Notes: generated by a model not told the origin, from the letters alone. Positions 15,199 to 30,383 are shown, numbered from the stretch's first letter. The stretch: DNA of 64,000 bases from Eledone cirrhosa (GCA_964016885.1 OZ024748.1:6634001-6698000); one strand, 5' to 3'. Translations and numbers: made by a program.

Positions 15199-15205
<7 letters not shown>
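15020..15205 (+). mobile_element. (TA)n-embedded PLE-like terminal fragment, family P2, carrying a hammerhead
   Basis: Homologous to 30660-30842 (shared ggaagct, ctgatgaa, gaaatatgtataat, aaatatggttttataaatatagtttccatttatt); TA tracts on both sides. Confidence 0.75.
15095..15160 (+). ncRNA. Type I hammerhead ribozyme
   Basis: Stem I tattttat(15095-15102)/ataaaata(15153-15160); CTGATGA 15103-15109; stem II aagcgcacca/tggttgccctt; GAAA 15141-15144; short stem III AUA/UAU; predicted cleavage after AUA at 15152. Confidence 0.78.
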
Positions 15206-15248
<43 letters not shown>

Positions 15249-15360
15249 TGAGATAACAGTTCTAGTCCTGTAGAATCTCATCTATATTAAAACTTTTATA
15301 CTCTGCAATGTATTGAGTACCTTACTTACTGTGGTTACCTCCGATTCAACCCGGAATAAC

Positions 15361-15429
<69 letters not shown>

Positions 15430-15445
15430 GTATACATGTATGTAA

Positions 15446-15476
<31 letters not shown>

Positions 15477-15544
15477 TATACATATATATATTTATATATA
15501 TATATATATATACACTCCTTGTTGCAATTTAACATCCTCTCCCA

Positions 15545-15591
<47 letters not shown>

Positions 15592-15900
15592 CTGTGTGAA
15601 TGTGTGTGTGTATATGTGCATCTATAATTTTGGACGCATGAATCTCCCATCCCTACAAAGACTAAACAACCTCGCCCATTTTTTACCGAAATAATTAAAA
15701 TTACAAGTAATTGCTACACACACACACACAGACACAGACACACGCACGCACACATATACATACATTTATATACGCGTGTGTGTGTATTAATTAACATGAC
15801 ATAAGTGGGAGGGACATGACATGACAAAACATAAAATATCAATGTCATTGGATTACGTTGGTCAGTTTTGTATTTCATATTAACTCTCCGAAATTGAATA

Positions 15901-15997
<97 letters not shown>

Positions 15998-16299
15998 TTT
16001 CTCTTCATATAATTATTTATGTTCAGACAGGAAATTAACAGAGAATATAGTGTAGGTCAATATTTCTTGCGGTATTTATATCGGCTCACGGTATACGAAG
16101 ATCAAAAATCTGCCTTGATCAAATTTGCAATTGATCCTTTCGTGGTCGATAATTGAAAAGAATTATCAGTAGCTGTGATTTTTGAGAAATAATTGAGTGA
16201 CAAAAGAAAATACATCATGGTATTTCTTTTTGATCCTTACGTTCTGAGATCAAACTCCGATGTGATGGACTTGATTTAATATATCCACTTGATCAATGG

Positions 16300-16820
16300 A
16301 TAGATTTAGCGGAGAATACCCAGTTCGAAACGTGCGGACTGAGTCTCCGCTTCCAGATTATTTTCCTTCCATACTCCAACCAGTCTCAGTGTCAATAAAA
16401 AGGCTCATTAGCACAGCTTTACAATCTATAACTTTTTCTCTTCTTCGTCTTCTTCGCTCACTTATTCCTGAGAGGGTCGTGAGGGCAGAGTCCAGTAGAT
16501 CCTTGCAGAAGCAACCGTCTCTAACTGAGCCGGCTGGATAGACAAGCGCGACCAGCCAAGCTCATGGATGTTATCCAAAAATCTTCTTCATGTTCTGCCC
16601 CTGAGTCTCTAGCCGGTTGGTTTTCCCCGTAAAATCTGTCCAGCGATTCTTTCCTGAGACATTCTAACCACATACCCATAGTATCGGCGCTGTGATCTCT
16701 CAATTCTGAGAAGTAGTGACTCTACTCGGAGTGATTCTCTGATATCCGAGTAACGTTACTCCAAAGCCACTCTGGAGGAATCCCAGTTGTGTCGCTTGTA
16801 TTCGCGATTGTCTTCTTTCC
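16300..16820 (-). mobile_element. Degenerate LINE (L1/Tx1-like) ORF2 fragment
   Basis: GC-richer coding-like block; minus peptide FWITSMSLAGRA resembles the W..R.LS..GR motif downstream of L1/Tx1 RT; heavily disrupted. Confidence 0.3.
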
Positions 16821-16911
16821 TTCATTCTATAACTAAACTGTAAAAAAAAAAAGAAAAATCAAATTTTATTTCAAGTAAATAAACTTGTATAATCCGCCAT
16901 TCGCCATATGT

Positions 16912-17097
16912 AAGGATAGGCAGTATCGGTAGAGGGTCGGATGCCATGCTTTTCAGGATAGAGTTACGCCCATGTATGATCTGAGTTAAGATCCCGCCGA
17001 GTTTAATTTTGTCTTTCATCCTTACAGGGTCGATAAAATAAAGTACCAGTAGTACAGTGGAATAATTGCTGGCCTTGTGCCAAAAGTAGAAACAATT
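16912..17097 (+). mobile_element. SINE S1
   Basis: Aligns to 7852-8043; short TSD atatgtaa at 16906-16913 and 17098-17105. Confidence 0.87.
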
Positions 17098-17932
17098 ATA
17101 TGTAAATATTAACAGAACTGTTTGCTACGTTATTCCTCAGTTATAAAACTGACCAATGTTTTCAGTCTACTAAAGATTGTTTATTGACAATGAAACAATT
17201 GTATAATTTACTAAACTCATATTAACAATACAAATCATATAATTTACATTTTCATAAACTTCCGTTTTATGCGTATTTTGTTATAGTAAACACAATTAGG
17301 TATGAATCTCTCTACCATCTTACATGTACGGCATACATACACTTCCGCCATTGACTATATTGCAATAGTAAACAACATTACGTATCAAAGTCTTTAATCT
17401 TAGGTGAAAGTCATGATTCTTATGGCTATTCTACTTGACAGTATCTGAGAAACTCCATACACAGTGTAGTAATAGATGGATGTTGACAGATAGATTTTAT
17501 TATTTGATGAAATAAATGATATTATCATGAAATAGTAATAAAAGTGAAGTGAATATAATAACCAGAGTGTATTGCTGTTTTAAGAGAATGACATGACTTT
17601 ACAAGGAGAGAGAAAGTGTTTGATGAGTAGATGAGATAGATACATAGATAGCAACTTATATGTGATAGTTAAAATCATAACTAGAACACACACACACACA
17701 CAAACATGAATGCACGCACACATAAAGACACAGAGAAATATCACATATACACAAACTCATGCTCATATGATATATACATGTGTGTGTGTGTGTGCTTGTG
17801 TGTGAAGACATAGATAGATAGATAGTGAGATAATAGAGCTACCCACACACACTCACACACACATAAATATATACATATGTATATATATATATATATATAA
17901 ATATGTGCATCTATACACACATAGCCCCCCCC

Positions 17933-17990
<58 letters not shown>

Positions 17991-18282
17991 TTGAAGTAAA
18001 CGAGGTATCGTATAAGGTAATCCAAGTAGAGGCTATGAGTAATATACACATATACATACATATATATGTATATAGGGTAAATAGATTTCATAAAGAAGGT
18101 TGAGCACTCAATCCTGAGGTTGTGTTATATTATATAATACATTTCTATTACAAAAATATTGGTTTATCCGAATACACGTGTTTCAGAAGGAAAGTCTTTG
18201 ATATTCACGCTGCTTAACATAAGTATATGGACAATGTATTTTTGAAGAAATAAAATATTTTATATATATATATATATATATA

Positions 18283-18474
18283 AGAACGAGTTGGACCCCG
18301 ACGGCTGAGCTCAAGCCGTTTCGACGGCTAATTGTGGACTCCAGAATTAGCTGTCGAAACGGCTTGAGCTCAGCCATCAGGGTCCTACTCGTTTCTATTA
18401 CCCACTCCACTACCCTAAGTATTGAGTACTTTGGTGCGTTATGGTCAACCTGGTTCCTTACCACATTTCCTTCG

Positions 18475-18477
<3 letters not shown>
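18283..18477 (+). mobile_element. Palindromic element P1
   Basis: 54-bp arms 18285-18338 / 18340-18393 plus P1 tail; TA tracts on both sides. Confidence 0.85.
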
Positions 18478-18551
<74 letters not shown>

Positions 18552-18553
<2 letters not shown>

Positions 18554-18625
18554 AAAATAACAGATTAAAGTTTAAGCAAAGAATCGCTGCTTTCACCCTT
18601 AACGGGATCTTCAGATCTTCAGATT
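18552..18625 (-). ncRNA. Hammerhead-like motif, family P3, in a (TA)n-flanked element
   Basis: Minus strand: CTGAAGA-TCCC-GTTAA-GGGT-GAAA-GCAGCGATTC-TTTGCTTAAAC; homologous to 38170-38240. Stems I and III are not convincing. Confidence 0.45.
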
Positions 18626-18999
18626 TTAATAAATATTTGCTCTATGGTTCTTATATATTTGATATATATTTATCCTTATCGAGCCCTCTTTGGATTTTAG
18701 TCTTCAAATTTATTATTATTTCTATATATATATATATATATATACATACATATATATATGTATATATAAACACACATATGTATATATACATACATATATA
18801 TATATATGTGTCTGTGTTATTGATTGAACACGGGAAGACTTAACAAAGATGTTAGAAATAAATCTATAACAATATCACTATTGATTATTTTTCAAATATT
18901 CTGTCTAGATATTATATATAACGATATAGTTAGTGACAAAGACGTTATTATTGAGGGAAAGAATTGGCTGAGGATACCAGAACAGCGGTATATATATAT

Positions 19000-19034
<35 letters not shown>

Positions 19035-19219
19035 GTTTGTGTCTGTGCTAAATTATTATTGAGAATCAAAAATTCAAATAATATTGATGTTTTCATCGTT
19101 AAGAAAATGTATTTTCTTCTGAAAACTGGAATAACATCCAAAAATCTTAAAACACTCACATACACACTCATATATGTATGTATATATATGTATACATATA
19201 TATATATATGTATATATGT

Positions 19220-19503
<284 letters not shown>

Positions 19504-19556
19504 ATATATATATATGTATATATATATGTATAAACATATATATATATATGTATATA

Positions 19557-19603
<47 letters not shown>

Positions 19604-20593
19604 ATACATATACAGAGAGAGAGAGAGAGAGAGAGAGTGAGAGAGAATATTTACACACATACACACACAAACACGCTCGCACACACATATATATATGTAA
19701 ATATATCTTCATATGTATGTTAATACATAATAGAAACAAACCTACATACATACACACACATACATACATACACACATACATGTACATATGTTAAACATTC
19801 TTCCGACATCGAACATAAAATAATGTTTTTTTGCTTGAAGAAACATTGATGTACTTCTATCTCAATATACTTGCTTATCATTTGAAGCTATTGTCTCTTT
19901 AATAGTATTAAAATATATATATAACACTCACACTTGACATTTAACCTACTACTTACATACATCTCTAGTAATTTAATAGTTTAATTTTGTTTACATTCAT
20001 TCATTTCATAGACATATAGACATCGATTACATATACATAGTTGTAAATTTAAATTACAACCATGTAGTTTTAGCCAAACCGTGAAATGTAGATAAGGTAG
20101 AAAGTCATATCTATTTTTTTATACATTCTGGTCAGAGGAAAGAGGCTGACCTGACTAGTTTTAGTCTCTTTTATTGTTTCGTCAGATCAGAGATCGGCTT
20201 TCTCTCGGGCTTCGAATAATCGCCCCCATCCTTCGCTTATTAATTTTTCAGATTTTTTCCAACAGCCCCGTTCATATTCCAACGTCACCGCTTATTAAAG
20301 TTTGCTAATCTATTTATTTTAAGTGGTAGAATTCTTGCGACAATTAGTTGTGTTTATACAGTAAAACATATTCTACATGAACAAAAAAATACATTTCTAG
20401 AAATCCCATAGATTATAAAATAAATAGGACGGGTTGGAGTCTCAATATATAAACTAAACAACTATTGTTTTTATTATTACTATTGTTATTATTATTTGAA
20501 ACTTCCTTTGAAGTTCCGAAATCTTGCGGTGTGTCAACCTGACACTTGAATCAAAATCTGATAATACACACATTTTACAACCAACTGTCATAC

Positions 20594-20823
20594 AAATGTC
20601 GCTCTCCGATAGGTTTGCGGTTGTACCGTTGGCAGTGGAGACTCCTGGTATCCTCGGCCCTAGGGCTACCTCCCTACTCACAACCATAGGCGCTGAGCTG
20701 CGCAGCTGCAGATGTGAGCCTCGCGAGCTGCAATGGCTTTTCCAGCGCTTCTCCCTTGCCGTCCTTCGGGGAAACGCCTTCTCCTTTCTGTCCGCCAGCG
20801 CTGCGGGGAGGCCACAAATATGA
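20594..20823 (+). mobile_element. C-terminal RLE endonuclease fragment of a CRE-like non-LTR retrotransposon
   Basis: FAVVPLAVETPGILGPRATSLLTTIG...EPRELQWLFQRFSLAVLRGNAFSFL* matches the P.A.ET.G..G...A ... LFQR.S.A..RGNA signature; GC-rich island. Confidence 0.8.
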
Positions 20824-22369
20824 TTGCCTGACTTGTCACTTTATCAGTCAGGTGTTCTAATGAACAAATGATGGCACAAGGTCCTTCCCAAGAAAATTTC
20901 TTAACCCTAACAGAATAAGCTATTATACTAATAATTAACGTAATGAAGTGCTTCTAAGTTGGTTCTATATTTTGTAAGGAGAAATAATAGTACAGGATTT
21001 TGTGGAAGACATTGTAAAAATTTTTTTGTTGTATTTGCTTTTAAAACGTTTAGAAATTCAGTTTAAACTTTTCATCATGTCAGATTTGATCAAATGTGAT
21101 TGTGGCTACACACCAGGAAAGATATTGTATCTTAAAACAAAGTTATAGCTGAAAAAGCATTCGTGCCGTTCTATTCCACATTGCTAGGAAGTAAAGAATG
21201 TTAAAACCAAACTGCTACAAACACACCCCACTGCTTTATAACAAAATAAAAGCATGAAATGAAGTTATATAATACCACGTATTTGGTTTCACAAACCAGT
21301 AGAATTCGATCCGAATGCTATGATTGGGGTTATGCCAATTAATTAAGCTCTCATAAAAAGAAGATTTTACTTTATGACCCAGAAAAGTAGGATTCTTTTG
21401 CGAGAAGTTTACCTTGCATGAATCACTTATAACAACGTCTCTTGGTGTCAATATCCCGTGTAACCTCGTTTAAAATATCGTTTCTCCTCTAATGGAGACG
21501 AGATAAAACGCAGAAAGCGATTCTTTTCTTACTCTAATCAAATAATATCCAACTTCGCTTCGTAGGGTATATATGTATTGGATCAGCATTCAGTAAATAT
21601 ATTCACTGGGAAATGAAACTATATCTTATATCACGCCTCTCTCTCTTTCTTTCTCTCAATATATGTGATTTCTAACTTGTTTGAATTGCGATGAAGTGAA
21701 AAAAGAACTCAACGCCATCAGGTAGAGCAGAATAACTTTATTTGTTCAAGACTGAGTTTCCATGATTCGCTACTCGGAGTTTCTAGATTCTAGTCCGATG
21801 ACTACATATATGGTACACACACACATACACTCACACACACACATACACACATACATGCATACATAAGTCATATATAGTCGCAACACATATTTACAAACAT
21901 ATACCATACACACTTCAATTTCCAGAATTTTGACTTCTTTAGTTGTAATTAAAATGATTTTAAGCACATTTTTCATATGTACGAATCCTGATCCCTTACC
22001 ACGGACTAAATCTACATAAAACGAAAACAAATACCTTCTCAATATTAAATATCTCCTCTAGTGGTGCCATGGCACTATAAATCCCAAGCATGGTTGTTTC
22101 AATTTGAAACTCTTTGATGAATAACTATAATGTCGTCTTAAACATTATCATGAGCAAAATTATATCTATACTCTTATACAACCTCTCTCATAATTAACAT
22201 AGCAATCACTGCCTAGATACAACCATTCTCTAAATAAGATCAGTTGCTATATACAGACATTATCACAGAGGACATCGTAACCATACTCTATCTACAGAGT
22301 TACAACAATTCTCCATATACAACCATGTTGTGTAGCAAGTATTCTCTGTATAAATCGTTAGAAGAATTT

Positions 22370-22792
22370 TCTCCTGGCGAGAAAGAACATCCCAACCATA
22401 TTATACATATTATATATACAACCACTCTCTGTATAAAACTTTGCAAACATTCTACATATATTTTCTTGACGATAGAGAACATTTCAACCATGTTATATAT
22501 ACAATCATTCTCTGTGTAAAACTTTGCAAACTTTCTACATATATTTTCTTGACGATAGAGAACATTTCAACCATGTTATATATACAATCATTCTCTGTGT
22601 AAAACTTTGCAAACTTTCTACATATATTTTCTTGACGATAGAGAACACCTCAACCATATTATATATACAATCATTCTCTGTGTAAAACTTTGCAAACTTT
22701 CTACATATATTTTCTTGACGATAGAGAACATTTCAACCATGTTATATATACAATCATTCTCTGTGTAAAACTTTGCAAACATTCTACATATG
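22370..22792. repeat. Minisatellite, 83-bp unit, ~5 copies
   Basis: gacgatagag recurs at 22468, 22551, 22634, 22717. Confidence 0.93.
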
Positions 22793-23218
22793 TTACCATT
22801 CTTACATACAGCATTGTGGGAAGATGTAAAACTGATAAAAATTCCTGCCGATCTTGTAATAGTTTAAGAAAGCTTAAAGTAAAACTTTAATCTTTAAACT
22901 GGATCGAAGTATTCTAGACATACAAAAGAGAATGGCAACGTGGTTGCATGAAATATCAAACAGATTCCCTCCCACGAAATGATAATGGATCCTTTTTATA
23001 AAAGTCTTTTGACGATGAACCCTGTTTTCATTGGTAGTTTCATATCATCTCTATGATATGTTTCATGTGTTATTTTCTCAAGATGTGTTCACCTAGATTC
23101 CTGATAGAAATATATGGCTGCGTATATTATATATGTATGCATATGTCTTTATCAATAAATCTATCTATCTATATGTATATATACATATATGTGTGTGTGT
23201 GCACACACAACACACACA

Positions 23219-23282
<64 letters not shown>

Positions 23283-25358
23283 GCCGTGCGTATATTGGTG
23301 TATATTACACCTATGCAATATTTATAGAAATTTTCAATGAAGTTTTTCCTCAAAATTATCAACGCACTCTCACTCTCTCATTCTCATACATACACACACT
23401 CACACATATACAGAAACACAAAGCTTCGTTATCTAGTCAGTCTTTCTCACATACTCTCTATCTATAATTCTCCTGTCATATTTGCATGCAATGCATGTGT
23501 TTAATATGCGGTTACGTATAGTTTTGTTGTTATTGTGAGTTTGTTTTAGATGTTTCCTTAACTATTCCTCTTTTTCTCTATTTTCTATTTCATATTTCGA
23601 ACAATTTTCTTAGATTAAAAAAAGAAATCTCCCAATCTTACACGTTCTTCCTCTCTGTTCTTTTCTTACAGCCTCTTTTTCCTCATTCCAACCTTAAACT
23701 CTCTTCTTTCCACCACACACCAGTCCTTCCCCATTTCTTCCTCTTCATCTGCTCCTGTCTATCATCCGTTTCTCTCACAGATGCAGGTCATTGGCTAAGA
23801 TGCTGTATCTTCTGACGCCATTTTGCTCCAGAGTAAATTTATGGACAGACAACTGAATCAGGAAGGTTGTGTTGGAGGTGGTGGTGCTGATGAGGATGAT
23901 AGAAAGATTGAGATGATGAAGGGGATGTAGTGTGGTGGAGGCTGCTTGTTATAGCAAGGAAAAAAGATATCTCTATATAACTACCCCACCCTTCTTCAAA
24001 CTTACACTTATTAATGAACTGTCAAAGAAATAAAGTATATTACTCTGCATTATAGCAATTTCACTTTTTCCGCCATTATAAACAGAACATGCATCTTAAA
24101 GTAATAAGCTATATCCAAAATGGCTACTAGCAGCTTACTAACTGTTCTGTGTTGTGTTTTGTTTTCCCAGACATTCGTATACAGTAAAAATGACCATTTT
24201 GGCTAAGATTTTCTTTCAATTATTATGAATAGTTTTTACTTGGAGGTTTGATATTTGTGTCCGTGTGTCTTAAATACATTTTTGTCTTCTGTCCTTCACC
24301 ATAAAATTTTCAAATATTTGGGAATATATACATACTATGAAGTTGGTGTTGTTGGTGCAATATTATAAGGTTTCTCATGGTTTTAAGTAATTTCTACCAA
24401 TAAATAAACTACGAAGTATTTTACCGGAATGAAGGAGGATGTAGTGTCCGCTTTTGACCTGGCCTTATGGCGGCCATAGTCTGGACGAGAAGATCTACTT
24501 CATGTCTCTCATTGCACTATCAATATTATAGTAGGATGATACCCAACGTGGGAAACTCCACGTGACTATTCACCTGTCCAAAGAGCAAGAACCTTTCCTA
24601 TGTAAAACACTGTACACTCCTGAAACGATGGCGAACACATTTAATTGTATAATCTCATGTATACAACCAAGAAATAACAGTCATAGGTGGAACACAATTT
24701 AACAGGTTTTCACGATCAGACTTGACCGGGATTAACACAATAAAACAAACACGAACAACGTAAGCTCCCAACTTCAACTGAAGCCCCATCAAACCACATT
24801 CACTTATAGATTACTTTAAACTTTAAATTAGCGAGGTTGAAGTTTCGAATATTTGAAGTACCGTGATATTTATTGTTTGGACGTAGGGCAGATATTTAAT
24901 TTGTTGATATTGTACACAATACATTATATTTGGTTGAATAGATTACAGCTCCATTTCCGAATGACAGCTACCAACTCAACTTTAAAGTTGACTGGCTAGA
25001 GTGTAAAGACGTTCTTCACGTAAAAAAATAAAACTTAAGATTCCTTATCTTATCAAAAAACGTAGTTCTTTAACTAACCAAACTCCAAGGACAAGATTGG
25101 TTACGTCTGTTTGTTTGTTACACGGCCTGTGTGTGTGACTTCGAGTGTTCAATTTACAATATATATATATATATATGTGTGTGTTTACGCATATGTGTGT
25201 TGAAGAGAATGATAGAGAGATGGAATGAGAGAGGGGGTGGAAGAAAACATAAAAGAAAAGTACGTTTTCAACAAATATTCTTATCAAGCAGAGATTTTTT
25301 TTACGTCCATGTGGCATTGAAGCAGCGAATCTAATCTGTCCGTTTAAGTTTATTTCTA

Positions 25359-25426
25359 TGTAGTTCTCGTCTCAGCGTTAAGTAGACAGCCATTCCTGTG
25401 TAGTTCTCGTCTCAGCGTTAAGTAGA
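25359..25426. repeat. Short direct duplication (28 bp, 40-bp period)
   Basis: tgtagttctcgtctcagcgttaagtaga at 25359 and 25399. Confidence 0.85.
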
Positions 25427-25775
25427 GCCATTTTGAGGCAAACAATTCCATATCCTCAGAGGTTATAATATAGACAATAGACATTTCCAGCATTATATTT
25501 TAGTGATCACAACCTTTGATTACATTTTATGAATTGAGCCAATGAGAAAGACCTAAAGGCCTATATTTTAAAGTTTGACCTGTTAGAAACAACAACCAAT
25601 TCTCCCTATAATCAAAGATTACAGTCTTAAGGAACCATATATATGCCATACATATCGATGAATAAGATCATTGGGCAGTATAATGTATATCGGTTGCTAT
25701 CAAAGCACAGATTATAGAAACATCAACCAAAATCAATACTAACAGCAGAATTTACGGATCACTTTTATCCCTTTC

Positions 25776-26077
25776 AAGGTTAGCTTTACCTTTCATCCTT
25801 ACGAGGTTGATAAAATAAAGGACCAGTAATGCACTGGGTCAATTTAACCCCCCCCCCAAAAAAAAAAATTGTCAGACTCCATGCTTTGCAACATCTAGTT
25901 ATGGCCCTTTACGTTCTGATTTCAAATCCCGCCGTGGTTAACTTTGCCTTTCATCCTTACGAGGTCGATAAAATAAAGTATCAGTCACAAACTTGGGTCG
26001 ATTTAATCGACTTTCTGCCCCCCCCCCAAAAAAAAAAAAGTTGCTGGCCTTGTGTCTATATAAGAAACCATTATTAT
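25776..26077 (+). mobile_element. Two tandem partial SINEs of an S1-related subfamily
   Basis: Two tttcatccttacgaggt(t/c)gataaaataaag blocks with variant tail (ggtcgatttaatcgact...ccccc-aaaaa-ttgctggccttgtg). Confidence 0.75.
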
Positions 26078-26529
26078 TGATACTTTAAGATTATTGTTAC
26101 TAATTAATAGTTGAGTAATAATCAACATAATTAACCATACATGATGATAGTGGTGATGACAGTTGTATGTCGGAGTTGACAATCAGTTTGTAAAATCAAA
26201 ATATATTAGAATCGGAAATTACCTGGAGACGACAAATATTTGTCTAGTCTGTTCTCTGCCTTCTCCCCTTCTCGTTCCCTTCTGAAGTATCAATAAGATA
26301 AAGACTGAAGTTCCTTTGATGGGGAGTCGGTCTGTCTGAAGATATAGGCTGTGCAGCATGACTTAGTGTTTATTCACCTTAACATACAGACCGTAAAGAG
26401 AGGGCGCCACCGTCTAGCCAGTTTGATCTTGCCGAACTGAATCCCTGACCTCGTTTGAAATAGGTTTGCAATAATCATGCTAATTTCTATTTAAATCACA
26501 CACACCAAATATTATGGATATCTCCACTA

Positions 26530-26788
26530 ACAGCACCAGCAACACCACAACCACCGCCGCCACCAGCAACACCACAACCACCGCCGCCACCAGCAACACC
26601 ACAACCACCGCCGCCACCAGCAACACCACAACCACCGCCGCCACCAGCAACACCACAACCACCGCCGCCACCAGCAACACCACAACCACCGCCGCCACCA
26701 GCAACACCACAACCACCGCCGCCACCAGCAACACCACAACCACCGCCGCCACCAGCAACACCACAACTACCGCCACCGCCACCACTAG
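26530..26788. repeat. GC-rich minisatellite, 27-bp unit, ~9 near-perfect copies
   Basis: ccaccagcaacaccacaaccaccgccg repeated; followed by degenerate (GAT)n. Confidence 0.93.
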
Positions 26789-27407
26789 CAAAACCACTAC
26801 TGGTGATGATTACGATGACGATGATGGTGATGATGATGATGAAGATGATGACGACGATAACAACGATGATGATGATATAGCAGACGAAGGATGAGAAAAT
26901 AGAAAAAAGATTATGACGATGATGATGATGATGATCGCAACGAACACAAAAGCAGACAAATAAATGATAAATTACAAACATTATATTCATAAAAATAAAA
27001 AAAAAACAAATAATAATCAAATCTATTTCAGATAACAACAACACAGATATTTTTTAAAAAAACGGAAAATGAAGGGGGAATCAAGGGCTCTAGGGTCACA
27101 GAAGAATAGGAGGGAGAGTGAGGGTCTCAAAGCCGAGGGCGCAGTGGTGTTTCGGCTGCGCCCCGCGGACAAGACTGCAAGACTTATAACAACGTCGGCA
27201 CAGGCACAAGAATTGTAATATGTGAAGTTACTGGATCTGCGAGAATTAGCAGCCAAAAAGAGCAGAGAATATAATATTAGGAACAATATATCAGAAAAGA
27301 AACGGTACCATCATGACTGGAATAATGTGACCATAATATGTCCGACAAGGGCCTCCCTGGGTCAAAACAAGAACGATAATTAAAGAAACAACAAAGAGAG
27401 CTGCTAT

Positions 27408-27595
27408 AACAACAGGAGCAAAACAACAGAGAGAACAACTACAACAACAGCAGCAAAACAACACAGCAGCAAAACAATAACAGGAGCAAAACAACAGAGA
27501 GAACAACTACAACAACAGCAGCAAAACAACACAGCAGCAAAACAACAACAGGAGCAAAACAACAGAGAGAACAACTACAACAACAGCAGCAAAAC
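27408..27595. repeat. Minisatellite, 68-bp unit, ~2.7 copies
   Basis: caggagcaaaa at 27413, 27481, 27549. Confidence 0.88.
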
Positions 27596-27628
27596 CAACT
27601 AAAATACCACCAACATCTACAGTAGCAA

Positions 27629-27817
27629 TAATTGTTTCTACATTTGACACAAGGCCAGCAATTACAACAGTACATTACTGGTACTTTATTTTATCGCCCA
27701 CGTAAGGATGAAAGGCAAAGTTAACCTCGACGGGATTTGAACTCAGGCTGTAAAGGAACGTAACTATGCTGGAGAGCATGGCGTCTGACCCTCTACCGAT
27801 ACTGCCAATTCACCGCC
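27629..27817 (-). mobile_element. SINE S1 with TSD
   Basis: TSD catct(a/g)cagtagcaat at ~27614-27629 and ~27817-27832. Confidence 0.87.
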
Positions 27818-28031
27818 ATCTGCAGTAGCAATGACGGTGATGATGATGATGGTAAGTTTCCAATGGATGGCGATAGGAAATACTGAAAACATTACGACGA
27901 CAAGCTATAATATAAACGTCACTCATAGTTCTCTGGATTTTAATATAATCTGGAGATATGGAAATATCCTATACTTTGCTTCACTGCTTGGTAATTAGCT
28001 GTTCCCCAACACTGCTCCTATATATACCCAC

Positions 28032-28105
<74 letters not shown>

Positions 28106-28219
28106 GTATACAAATATGCATTCGTAATTAAATATATACGTACTTATATTCATATATACACAAACAATGACACAAACAAACACACACACATATATTCATA
28201 TATTCATATATATATATAT

Positions 28220-28271
<52 letters not shown>

Positions 28272-28306
28272 AACATAAATACACATATCTGCATGCATAT
28301 ATATTA

Positions 28307-28389
<83 letters not shown>

Positions 28390-28485
28390 CGTACGTATAT
28401 ATACACATAAATATATATGTATATATATGTAAATATATATATATAAAAAAGGAAAACAAAATATTTTTCGTCTTTTTCTCCCTGT

Positions 28486-28520
<35 letters not shown>

Positions 28521-29559
28521 CATACATGTATACACATACATACATGAATAAATAAATACATACATCAATGAGAAAGAATATTTACGAACTGCCTCGAAAT
28601 TTACAGCCTATTATAAACCTGTATCTCTACCAGTAGGCATTGGGTGTGGTATTATATATTAGTGAATATATTCCCACCAATATCCTGAGACGATGGTGAT
28701 TTAGACTAAGCGAAAGACCATTTAATGTACATGTACTTTCCAAATCCTGTCCAAACGTAAAACAAACGTTTATATATAAGTTTGAAATCAGAGGTAAAGG
28801 AAAAGAGTTCTAGCTAGATCCTATTAACAAAATCTTCATACGGTTTAAATACACAATATCTGAATGACTAAATCTCAGCAGAAGGGCACCTAGGAATCAC
28901 GTTCTGGATATGACCCTGTCCCCATATATTGCAAGAAGCTAAGGACCGATGAACTCGCTTGAGGTGGGCTTCTTCTCTGAAGACATTCTGCTGTCCTTCT
29001 CACCTGAGAGTTTCTTACCACGAGTGAATATATTCGTACTAATCCCGAAATGTTAGTGATTCAGACCAAGAAGACGACCACCCAATGTAAAGTGTACTTT
29101 GCTAACCCAGTCGAGATGCAGAATAGTAAAAAATATGCACAAATTTTCTACAGCTCAGCAAATAACATCAGAGCTGTTATCTCTATTCCAGTGGATTTGG
29201 AAAATACTCCAGGGTCTTGTTTGATTAAGTATTTTGATACTGTGACCCCGAATGGGACCAGTACTATAGTCAATAGGTGTTGAAAATGTGTACGTCAATT
29301 TCAACAGCTGATGAAGATGAAGTTCGTGTATCTGTTAAGATTTACCAATGTTCTCCTCTCCTATCATGTAACTCAGTTGAGCCATTATGTTGACACAGTG
29401 CTCACTCTTGGGTTCGTTTTGTCTCCAGGGGTCTGATTGACCATCTTCGCCACATATTGTGTCCACGGAATTAAATTTCAAGTAATTTCCGTTTCGTTTC
29501 CGCCCAGATTATCTCGTTAGACACTGCATCCCCCAAATTTGCCTGCTTTGCGGCTATAC

Positions 29560-29626
<67 letters not shown>

Positions 29627-29671
29627 TGTATATATATATAAATGATTACATACATATGCATGAACACACAC

Positions 29672-29717
<46 letters not shown>

Positions 29718-29729
29718 CCCTCTCTCTCT

Positions 29730-29779
<50 letters not shown>

Positions 29780-30045
29780 GCATCAATTACTAATTGCGAC
29801 GTTCTAAGCAATTAAAACCAATCTTGTATTCCCAGAGCAGAAAGTGATGAGTTTTGTACTGATTCAACATAAGTATTACGTTGTTGAATTTATTGACGAT
29901 ATATTAATTAAAGTAATTACCTTAAAATTTAGTTCAACATTAATTATATGATATTTATATGCATATGTATGTTATATATCATTCTACTTATTGTGAGTGT
30001 GTGTGAGTCGTATCTATGTATGTATTTATCCATCTATCTCTCTGC

Positions 30046-30258
<213 letters not shown>

Positions 30259-30274
30259 ATATATATATATATAT

Positions 30275-30383
<109 letters not shown>

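Noticed and set aside
26395-26420. CTCF-like AGAGGGCGC core (and a half-site at ~22055)
   Set aside because: The 5' half of the consensus is missing; too weak without ChIP data.
26480-27044. Mucin-like, Gly-rich or Cys/Trp-rich ORFs
   Set aside because: Several frames are open only because of a 27-bp minisatellite and a (GAT)n tract; no splice or homology support.
28850-29480. Coding-like block, possibly a decayed LINE ORF1 (similar block at ~50100-50440)
   Set aside because: Multiple stops and no motif I can recognise; cannot be assigned.
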